DNA from: an uncultured Myxococcales bacterium
Lineage (GTDB): Bacteria > Myxococcota_A > Polyangia > JAAYKL01
Direction of reading: 5' to 3'
Length of the DNA: 64,000 nt
NCBI GenBank assembly: GCA_964530995.1
Contig: CAZHCG010000002.1
Coordinates: forward strand, 23,558-87,557
A program made the position numbers and the translations under genes. Every line of letters starts with the position of its first letter. The first letter of the stretch is position 1. Positions 26,448-34,600 of the stretch are shown here, one piece after another. The notes under the pieces were generated by a model that did not search any database, was not told the origin of the DNA, and saw nothing but the letters and a program-made list of their open reading frames with translations.

Positions 26448-26728
26448 GCGCCGACCCGCCGAGATCGCGGTGCCCGGTCTGCCGGGCGCGCTTTCGCGGC
26501 ACGACCGGGTGTTCCCGCTGCGGCGCGGATCTCGAGCCGCTGATGACGATCGAGATTCTGGCCTGGCGAGCCAGGCAGGCCGCGCGCGCGGAGCTGCTCG
26601 CCGGCTCTCCGTCGAAAGCGATGCGGTGGGCCGTGCGCGCCCAGAGACTGCGCGCGACAGGCGCCGGGCGGGATCTCGAGATCCTGGCTGCGGCGCTGCT
26701 GGAGGCGGAAGAGCTGCTCGGAGAATGA
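26444..26728 (+). CDS. Small zinc-ribbon protein translationally coupled to Hsp70
   Basis: 94 aa with CPVC-x13-CSRC followed by an Ala/Arg-rich helix. Its ATG overlaps the Hsp70 stop (ATGA). Confidence 0.5.
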   Translation: MSADPPRSRCPVCRARFRGTTGCSRCGADLEPLMTIEILAWRARQAARAELLAGSPSKAMRWAVRAQRLRATGAGRDLEILAAALLEAEELLGE

Positions 26729-26774
26729 CCGGCGCTCCGGGGAGACGGCAAGAGATTTTCGTCGGGCCTCGTAA

Positions 26775-26882
26775 TCAACGCTCGTAGTGGCCGCCGATCG
26801 CCAGGACGTGGACGGCTTCGTCGTCGAAGGCGCAGACGATCTTTCGGCCAACTCTGATTGAATAGTACGGCTTTCCCGACTG
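26775..26882 (-). pseudogene. RelE/ParE-family toxin remnant (C-terminal 35 codons)
   Basis: Minus frame QSGKPYYSIRVGRKIVCAFDDEAVHVLAIGGHYER* matches the RelE/ParE C-terminus (YRxRVGDYRxxYxxDDExxxVxVLxxGHR). An in-frame TAA lies immediately upstream, so the N-terminal two-thirds is missing. Confidence 0.45.
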
Positions 26883-26890
26883 TTAGTCGA

Positions 26891-26927
26891 GCACCGCGGC
26901 GAGCGTTCGCGACTATCGCGCTTGACC
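26891..26927 (+). repeat. 37-bp imperfect direct repeat, copy 1 (gcaccgcggcgagcgttcgcgactatcgcgcttgacc)
   Basis: 34/37 identical to copy 2 at 27919..27955, about 1.03 kb downstream. It lies in the 5' region of the RHH remnant. Confidence 0.6.
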
Positions 26928-27056
26928 TTTCCGAGGGATCTCCTCGAGCAGGCCGACCGCGTTGCCAAGAGGGAATCGCGCAGCCGCAGCGAGCTGGTCC
27001 GGGAGGCGCTGCGCGCATACCTCGACCGGCGTCCCGAGTCGGAGACCGTCCCGTGA
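26922..27056 (+). CDS. Small RHH (CopG/VapB-like) antitoxin, possibly with a TTG start, or an N-terminally eroded gene
   Basis: Frame ...LTFPRDLLEQADRVAKRESRSRSELVREALRAYLDRRPESETVP* is a typical RHH antitoxin. There is no in-frame ATG (the open frame extends back to 26862). Its stop overlaps the GTG of the vapC remnant (GTGA). Confidence 0.4.
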   Translation: MTFPRDLLEQADRVAKRESRSRSELVREALRAYLDRRPESETVP

Positions 27057-27154
27057 TCCTGGCCGATACCTAGATCTGGGTCGATTTCCTGCGGCGAGGC
27101 GAGCCGGCGCTCGCCCGAGCGGACGAGATGGGTCACTTGCGGAACACCAGATAG
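27053..27154 (+). pseudogene. vapC (PIN toxin) remnant with a premature TAG at codon 7, truncated after ~33 codons
   Basis: VILADT*IWVDFLRRGEPALARADEMGHLRNTR resembles the VapC N-terminus (MILADTSIWIDFLRG...). It has an in-frame TAG at 27071-73, and the frame ends in the AT-rich promoter of the next TA module. Confidence 0.45.
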
Positions 27155-27185
27155 TATAACATAATGGTTTCATAAAGGAGTTATT

Positions 27186-27452
27186 ATGGATCACAAGGAA
27201 ACGGCTACTCTCTCCATCAAGAAGGTTCCCGGCACGCTCAAGCGCCGCCTGGCACGCCGGGCCGCGGCCGCGCACCGCAGTCTGAACGGCGAGCTGCTCC
27301 ACATCCTCGAGTCGGCCGTGGCAGAGGCCCGGCCCGACGAGGAGGGGATCGAGGAACGGCTCGAGCGGCTGAAGGCCGTCCGGGAGGCGATCGGAGGCCC
27401 GGGGATGACCGACGAGCAAGTCGAAGCGGCCATCGCCGAGAAACGGCCTTGA
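27186..27452 (+). CDS. RHH antitoxin (FitA/VapB-like)
   Basis: 88 aa. TLSIKKVPGTLKRRLARRAAAAHRSLNGELLHILESAV is the RHH fold. Overlaps the PIN gene by 4 nt. An AT-rich promoter patch lies at 27140-27185. Confidence 0.7.
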   Translation: MDHKETATLSIKKVPGTLKRRLARRAAAAHRSLNGELLHILESAVAEARPDEEGIEERLERLKAVREAIGGPGMTDEQVEAAIAEKRP

Positions 27453-27853
27453 TCGTCGTCGATACCAACATCGTCGTGCCGCTCGTGATCCCGGGCGAGA
27501 GAACGGAGATCGTCGAGCGACTCTTGCGACGCGACCCGGCCTGGCGGGCGCCGCCGCTCCTGTTCTCGGAGCTGCGCAACGTGCTGCTCGCCTACTTTCG
27601 AAAAGGGCTGGCGACCCGTTCCCAGTGCCTGAACGCGATCGAGGCCGTCCGCGGGCTTCTCGACTCCCGGGCCGAAGACGAGCCGGATGACAGCCACGTG
27701 CTCCGGCTCGCCGGCGATTCGGGCTGCACAGCGTACGACTGCGAGTTCGTGGCCATGGCCGAGCGCCTGCGATGCCGGCTCGTCACCTGGGACCGGCAGG
27801 TGCTCGCGGCGTTCGGCGAGCGGGCCGTCACTCCCGAGGTCATTTGCGGCTGA
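27449..27853 (+). CDS. vapC: PIN-domain toxin VapC
   Basis: 134 aa. MIVVDTNIVV start, conserved acidic residues (D5, E in LFSELRNV, D in YDCEFVAMA). Confidence 0.8.
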   Translation: MIVVDTNIVVPLVIPGERTEIVERLLRRDPAWRAPPLLFSELRNVLLAYFRKGLATRSQCLNAIEAVRGLLDSRAEDEPDDSHVLRLAGDSGCTAYDCEFVAMAERLRCRLVTWDRQVLAAFGERAVTPEVICG

Positions 27854-27918
27854 AAAGAGCCCCGCCGGCCGGACCGAGCAGAGCCGGCCGGCCCTTGCGG
27901 CCCGGAGCCCGCATCGTT

Positions 27919-27955
27919 GCACCCCGGCGAGCGTTCGCGACTATTGCGCTCGACC
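27919..27955 (+). repeat. 37-bp imperfect direct repeat, copy 2, overlapping the lspA stop codon
   Basis: gcaccccggcgagcgttcgcgactattgcgctcgacc. Positions 27941-27955 are the last codons and stop of lspA on the minus strand. Confidence 0.6.
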
Positions 27956-28576
27956 CGCCTTGTCCGCGGCGGGCTTCTTTGCGCGGTCGTCCTTCTTGCC
28001 CGGCAGCATCTGGAGGATCATCAACCCGATCCCGATCACGATCGCGGCGTCGGCCACGTTGAAGGTCGGCCAGTGGCGCTCGACTCCGCCCACGGTCACG
28101 TACCAGTCGACGAAATCGACCACGTAGCGGTAGACCAGCCGGTCGATCAGGTTGCCCACCGCGCCGCCCAGCACGAACGGCAGCGCGTAGAGCATCATCC
28201 GCTGCTCGGCCGGGGTCTTGCGGTACAGGTAGGGGATGAAGGCCGCCGCCAGCAGCGAGATCAGAATGAAAAAGGGGTAGCGGAACGACTCGGGCACGCG
28301 GCTCATCAGGCCGAAGGCGCTGGCGCAGTTCTCCACGTACTTGAAGTTGAACAGCCCGTCGATCACCTCGATCGACTCGCGGTGCCTCCGCACGAAGCGC
28401 TCGCGCGCGACCTCCTCGGCGCCGCTGGCGCAGACCGGGTACTCCTCGCCGCGGGCGTGGAAGGTCTCGTCGACCAGCGCGTGCAGGGCCCACTGCTTGC
28501 TGGCCTGGTCCGCCGCCACGGTCAGCGCGAACAGCACGACAAGACCGATCAGCGGCTTTTTCGCTCGTTTGGCCAC
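27941..28576 (-). CDS. lspA: Lipoprotein signal peptidase II
   Basis: 211 aa, four TM segments, conserved FNVADAAI and GAVGNLIDR motifs. Immediately downstream of ileS, the conserved ileS-lspA operon. Confidence 0.85.
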   Translation of the reverse strand: MAKRAKKPLIGLVVLFALTVAADQASKQWALHALVDETFHARGEEYPVCASGAEEVARERFVRRHRESIEVIDGLFNFKYVENCASAFGLMSRVPESFRYPFFILISLLAAAFIPYLYRKTPAEQRMMLYALPFVLGGAVGNLIDRLVYRYVVDFVDWYVTVGGVERHWPTFNVADAAIVIGIGLMILQMLPGKKDDRAKKPAADKAGRAQ

Positions 28577-28582
28577 GGCTGC

Positions 28583-31387
28583 TCAGACCTCCGCCTCGCC
28601 GCGCGCGACGAGATCCTCGACGACCCCGGCGCAGCGCGCGCACAGCTCGGGACGACGCGCGTCCTGTCCGATTCCGTGCCCGTAGCGCCAGCAGCGCGGG
28701 CACTTGGCGGCCTCGCTCCTGGAGGTGGTCACCGCGAGCGGACCTCGGCCCTCTTCCACCTCCACGCCCGAGACGATGAACAGGTCGGCCAGCGCCCGCC
28801 CGCCCACCTCGCGCAGCAGCTCCAGGGTCGCGCCCGAGGCGCGAATCCCGATCTCGGCCTCCAGCGAGTTGCCGATCTGCTTGGCAGCGCGCCGCTCCTC
28901 GAGCAGCTTGGTCACCTGCCGCCGCACCTCTCGCAGCGCTTCCATCCGATCGAGCAGCGCCTCGTCGCGCCACTGGCCGGGTACCTCGGGGAAGCCGGCC
29001 AGAAAGACCGAGTCCGGCTCTCCGGAGCCGGCCGGCAGGTTCTGCCAGACGTCCTCGGCGGTGAAGCTCAGCACCGGCGCCAGCGCGCGGGCGGTGTCGC
29101 GGGCCAGCGCGTACAGCACGGTCTGCGCCGAGCGCCGCGAAAGGCCCTCGGGCGCGTCGCAGTAGACGCGATCCTTGATGATGTCCAGGTAGAAGGAGGA
29201 CAGCTCCACCGTGGCCAGCTCGATCGTGCCGTGGAAGACGTGGTGGAAATCGTACTCGTCGTAGGCGCGATCGATCCTGTCCAGGTAGCGCCCGAAGCGC
29301 GCCAGCATCCAGCGATCCAGCTCGGTCATCTCTGCGAGCGGCACGGCGTGCTCGGCCGGGTCGAAGCCGTGCAGGTTGCCCAGCATGAAGCGGAAGGTGT
29401 TGCGGATCTTGCGGTACGACTCCACCAGGCTCTTGAGGATCCCCTGCGAGAACGCGATGTCCGAGCGGTAGTCCTCGTAGCCGACCCACAGCCTCAGGAT
29501 CTCGGCGCCCTGCTGGTCGACGATCTTCTGCGGCGGCACGAAGTTGCGCTGGCTCTTGGAGAGGATCTCGCCTTTCTCGTTGGTGATGAAACCGTGGGTC
29601 AGCACCGCGCGGTAGGGCGCGTGTCCGCGCGTCGCGGTCGCGGTCAGCAGCGCGGTGTGGAACCAGCCGCGGTGCTGGTCCGAGCCCTCGAGGTAGAGGT
29701 CGACCGGCACCGACATCCCCTCGCGCCGCTGGGCGACCGCGGCCCAGCTGACGCCCGACTCGAACCAGACGTCGACGATGTTGGCCTCCTTGCCGAAGGA
29801 ACGCCCGCCGCAGGCCGCGCATTCCACTCCGTCGGGCAGCAGCTCGGCGGCCTCGCGCTTCCACCACTCGTCGCTGCCGTGCTCGCCGAAGATCTTCGCC
29901 ACGTGGCGGATCACCCCGGCGTCGACCAGCGGCTCGCCGCACTTCTCGCAGAAGAAGAACGGCAAAGGCACGCCCCAGACCCGCTGGCGCGAGATGCACC
30001 AGTCCGGGCGGTTCTCCACCATTCCGTGGATGCGGTCGCGACCCCAGGGCGGAATCCAGCGCGTGCGATCGATCTCGGCCAGCGCCTCTTCGCGCAGGCC
30101 GGTGCGATCCATCGAGACGAACCACTGCGGAGTGGCGCGGAAGATCACCGGCTGCTTGCAGCGCCAGCAGGCCGGGTACTGGTGGTCGATCGTCTGGTCG
30201 GGCGGGTTGAGCAGCGCGCCGCTTTCTGCGAGGAGCTCGACGATCTCCGGGTTGGCGTCGAACACGCCCTTGCCGGCCCAGCGCTCGACCTCGTCGGTGA
30301 ACCTGCCGTTCTCGTCGACCGGCGCGTAGGCGTCTATTCCGTGCCCGGCGCACAGCACGTAGTCCTCCTGCCCGTGACCGGGCGCGGTGTGCACGCAGCC
30401 GGTCCCGGCCTCGAGCGTCACGTAGTCCGCGACCAGGATCGGCACCTCGCGCTCGATGAACGGGTGCCGCACGCGCAGCCCGGCCAGCCGCTGGCCGGGG
30501 ACGGCCCGCCCGAGCGGCTCGGCCTCGACCCGGCAGTCCCCAAAAGCTCTCTCGGCCATCTCCTCGGCCACGACCACCCGCTGCTCGCCGACCGCGTAGG
30601 CCCGGTAGCGGTACGAAGGGTGGACCGCGACGACCAGCGAGGCGGGCAGCGTCCAGGGGGTGGTCGTCCAGATCATGACCGAGGGCGGCGCGCCGTCCTT
30701 CTCCAGGCCGAGCGCCTCGGCCAGCTCGTCGGCGTCGAGCGCCGGATACGTTACGTAGATCGACGGCGAGGTGTGCTCGCCGTACTCGACCTCGGCCTCG
30801 GCCAGCGCGGTCCGGCAGCCGGCGCACCAGTAGACCGGTTTGTGGCCGCGGTAGACCAGGCCGCGCTCCACGATCCGCGCCAGCTCCTCGACGATCACCT
30901 GCTCGTAGTCGCGATCGATCGTGCGGTAGGCCTCGTCCCACAGCGAGAAGACGCCCAGGCGCCGCAGCTCGGCGAGCTGGTGGTTCGACCACTTCAGCGC
31001 GAACTGCTCGCAGCGCTTGCGGATCGAGAGCCGGTCCGCCTCGTCCGAGGGCTTGCCCAGCTCGCGCTCCACGTTGAGCTCGATCGGCAGTCCGTGGCAG
31101 TCCCAGCCCGGAATGTAGCGCACGTGCCGGCCCTTGAGCGAACGGTACTTGGTCACGATGTCCTTGAGCACCTTGTTCAGCACGTGCCCGTGGTGAATCC
31201 CGCCGTTGGCGTAGGGCGGGCCGTCGTGGAAGACGAAGCGCTCGCCGCCGGAGGTCTTGTCCAGCAGCCGCTCGTAGACCCGCTTCTCCTTCCACAGCTC
31301 GAGGAACTCCGGCTCCCGGCTGGAGAGCGAGGCCTTCATCGGAAAGCCGGTGCGCGGCAGGCAGATCGTGTCTTTGTAGTCGACCAT
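28583..31387 (-). CDS. ileS: Isoleucyl-tRNA synthetase
   Basis: 934 aa. HIGH-type motif (PYANGGIHHGH), KMSKS (ILSKSQRN variant region), editing domain, and a C-terminal zinc-binding CPRCW...CARC. Confidence 0.95.
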   Translation of the reverse strand: MVDYKDTICLPRTGFPMKASLSSREPEFLELWKEKRVYERLLDKTSGGERFVFHDGPPYANGGIHHGHVLNKVLKDIVTKYRSLKGRHVRYIPGWDCHGLPIELNVERELGKPSDEADRLSIRKRCEQFALKWSNHQLAELRRLGVFSLWDEAYRTIDRDYEQVIVEELARIVERGLVYRGHKPVYWCAGCRTALAEAEVEYGEHTSPSIYVTYPALDADELAEALGLEKDGAPPSVMIWTTTPWTLPASLVVAVHPSYRYRAYAVGEQRVVVAEEMAERAFGDCRVEAEPLGRAVPGQRLAGLRVRHPFIEREVPILVADYVTLEAGTGCVHTAPGHGQEDYVLCAGHGIDAYAPVDENGRFTDEVERWAGKGVFDANPEIVELLAESGALLNPPDQTIDHQYPACWRCKQPVIFRATPQWFVSMDRTGLREEALAEIDRTRWIPPWGRDRIHGMVENRPDWCISRQRVWGVPLPFFFCEKCGEPLVDAGVIRHVAKIFGEHGSDEWWKREAAELLPDGVECAACGGRSFGKEANIVDVWFESGVSWAAVAQRREGMSVPVDLYLEGSDQHRGWFHTALLTATATRGHAPYRAVLTHGFITNEKGEILSKSQRNFVPPQKIVDQQGAEILRLWVGYEDYRSDIAFSQGILKSLVESYRKIRNTFRFMLGNLHGFDPAEHAVPLAEMTELDRWMLARFGRYLDRIDRAYDEYDFHHVFHGTIELATVELSSFYLDIIKDRVYCDAPEGLSRRSAQTVLYALARDTARALAPVLSFTAEDVWQNLPAGSGEPDSVFLAGFPEVPGQWRDEALLDRMEALREVRRQVTKLLEERRAAKQIGNSLEAEIGIRASGATLELLREVGGRALADLFIVSGVEVEEGRGPLAVTTSRSEAAKCPRCWRYGHGIGQDARRPELCARCAGVVEDLVARGEAEV

Positions 31388-31649
31388 GTAAACGAACCTC
31401 TATTGACAATCGGACGGCACTCGCTCTTCTCGCCGTTCCACCTCGCCCCGCCGGAGCGCAGCCCCGCGGCGGGGAGACGAAACATAGCACGTATCGCGGA
31501 TTTGGGTAGCTCCCGCAACTTTCCCGCAACTTTCACGGCTTTCGCAAACCATGGGGACAGATCGTCTCCAATCAGAACCAAATCCGTGGTACAAGTCGTC
31601 AGCATCAAAAGTGTAAAGTTGGCATCTGGCTGTACGGAGGTGATTCCCG

Positions 31650-34600
31650 ATGAGGTGGTTCGTTTCTAGAGCGATGCTCTGCTGGCTCGCGGCCGGGATG
31701 CTCCTGGCCGCCTGCGGCGAGAAGGACGAGGAGGTCGAGGACGGCGAGCAGAACCAGCGCCCGCTGGCGGTGGCTGACGGTCCGACCCAGGTCTCGATCG
31801 GAGGCGCGGTCACGCTCGACGGCTCGGGCAGCAGCGATCCGGACGGCGACGAGATCGCCTACCTCTGGCAGCAGGTCTTCGGTCCCGCGGTGGACGGCTC
31901 CAGCCCGCTGGAGGAGACCCTCTCGTTCAACGCGCCGCTCGAGGAGGCGACGCTCGGGTTCCAGCTGGTTGTCAACGACGGGCTCGAGGAGTCGTTGCCG
32001 GCCTACGTCGAGTTCGACGTGGTCGACGACAACGCCTCGCCGGTCGCCGACGCGGGCGAGGACCAGGCGACGCCGGGCGGCGAGACAGTGACGCTCTCCG
32101 GCTCGGGCAGCGACTCGGACGGGGACGCGCTGAGCTACGAGTGGGCGCAGGTCAGCGGCGACTACGTGGAGCTGGACGGCTCCGACAGCGCCGAGTGCTC
32201 CTTCGTCGCTCCCGAGAGCAACACCGTGCTGGCCTTCGAGCTGAGCGTCTCCGACGGGCTGCACACCTCCGAGCCGGATCTGGTGCTGGTCACCGTGCTG
32301 TGGAGCGGCGCGCCCTACGCCGACGCCGGCCCGGACCAGGTGGTCGAGCCCGGCCAGAGCGTGGTGCTCGACGGCTCCGGGGTCGACCCGGACGGAGCGC
32401 CGCTCGACTACTCGTGGAGCCAGCTCTCGGGCGAGACGGTCTCGCTCTCGGCGGGCGACATCCCCGACCCGACCTTCACCGCGCCCCAGACCGGCGGGGA
32501 GCTGGTCTTCGAGCTGATCGTCTCCAACGAGGTGCACAGCAGCGATCCCGACCAGGTCACGATCGCGGTCGACCGGCGGCCGATCGCCGACGCCGGCGAG
32601 CTCCAGATCGTCGCGTCGGGCGAGGTGGTGCAGCTCGACGGCAGCGGCAGCCTGGATCCGGACGGCGACTCGCTGAGCTACGAGTGGTCGCAGATCGCAG
32701 GCTCTCCGGTCGCGCTGGACGATCCGTTCGCGGCGCAGCCCTCGTTCACCGCTCCGGACGAGGACGTCAGCCTCGTCTTCCAGCTGGTGGTCGCGGACTC
32801 CTACTCCGAGAGCTACGCCGACGCGGTCGCGATCCAGGTCCAGCACAACCGCCCGCCCGAGGCCGACGCCGGCTCCAACGTGGGCACGCTCAACGGCCAG
32901 ACCGCGATCCTGGAGGGCTCGGCCAGCGACCCGGACGGCGATTCGATCATCGAGTATCAGTGGGAGGTGATCGGCACCCCGCCGGGCGGGGACGACTACC
33001 AGCTGAGCGGCCAGAGCTCGCCGACCGCTCACTTCACCCCGTTCGCCAAGGGGGAGTACACCCTCTCGCTGGCGGCGGCCGACGCAGAGGGCTTCGGCGC
33101 TCCGGATCTGGTCACGGTCGACTCCGAGAACAACCCGCCCACGGCCGAGGCCGGCGAGGACGTCACCCTGGTCAACACCCAGACCGCGGTGCTGGCCGGC
33201 TCGGGCGGCGACTACGACGGCGACGATCTCGCCTACCAGTGGTCGGTGACCGGCTCCCCGCAGGACGCCGCTTGGGACCTGATCGACGGCGACACGGATC
33301 ACCCGCGGCTGACGCCCCACACCAAGGGGAGCTACACCGTGCAGCTGATCGTCGACGACGGCGAGGACGCCAGCGCGCCGGACACGCTGACGCTGACCGC
33401 GACCAACAATCCTCCCGAGGTGGACGCCGGCGACGACTTCTCGGTGGCCGAGCTGGCACCGGCCCAGCTGGCGCCCGCGGTCACGGACCCGGACGGAGAG
33501 ACGCTGGACTACTGGTGGGAGATCGTCTCCACCGATCCCGAGGGCTCGAGCGGCAGCTTTTCCGACGCGAGCGCCGAGGCGCCCGAGCTGAGCGCCGACT
33601 CGCTGGGTCGCTACACGCTGCGGCTGACGGTCACCGACGGCGACCTGGCCTCGGACTGGGACGAGGTGAGCGTCGACTTCTACACACTGCCCGGCGAGGA
33701 GGAGCACGTCTTCGTCGCGGTGGAGGGCGACGACGCGGGCGGCTCCTGCGGCAGCAAGGCCGCGCCCTGCGCCACGCTCGGAACCGCGGTCCAGCTCGCC
33801 GACGCCGAGGGCAAGGATGTGATCGTCTCGGCCGGCGAGTACCAGCTCGTCGACCGCTCCCTCGAGCTGCCGCCGGGCCTGCGCCTGCTGGGCGGCTACG
33901 ATCCGGACAGCTGGGAGCGCGACGTGGATCAGTTCGAGACCGTCGTGCGCCCGGGCGGCCGGGTCGAGGAGAGCGGGGCGCTGATCGGGGACGGCCTGGA
34001 CAACGACTGCGACGCGCTGGTCGACGAGCCCGAGTGCATTGTCGAGGAGGAGGTCTGCAACAACCGCGACGACGACTGCGACGGCGTGGTCGACGACGTG
34101 CTCGCGGGCGAGTGCGGAGACGAGCTGGAGCCCAACGACGCCTCGGGCGACGCGGCCGCGATAGATTTCGGCGTGGCCTACGAGGGACTGGAGATAGTCG
34201 ACAGCGACACCGCCGACTGGTTCAGCTTCGAGCTGGCGGAGCTTCCCTCGAGCGGCGAGGGCTGGGAGCTGGAGATCCAGCTCGCCTGCAGCGAGTACTG
34301 CCCGACCGACGCCGCCGAGCAGATCGGGCTCGAGGTCTACCTGGACGGCACCGATCCGGCCGACCTGTTCTACAGCGACGAGACCGTCTACAGCGGCGGA
34401 ACCCACTACCCGATCGAGATCGACGTGCCGGCCGCCGAGGCGCAGACCGGGACCTACTACCTGGCGGTCAGCGCTCCGGCCTACGGCGGCTACTACGGCA
34501 ATTCGGCCGGGTACGATCTGGTCGCGGCGCTGCGCGAGGCGGGGCACGATCCCCAGGCGGGCGGGCTGTACGACCGGGCGCGACCCGAGTGCCGCGACTC

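Noticed and set aside
27840-31669. ORFs 27840..31529 (-) 1229 aa and 27917..31669 (+) 1250 aa
   Set aside because: Alternative-frame or antisense artefacts over ileS and lspA, whose own frames show strong, specific motifs.
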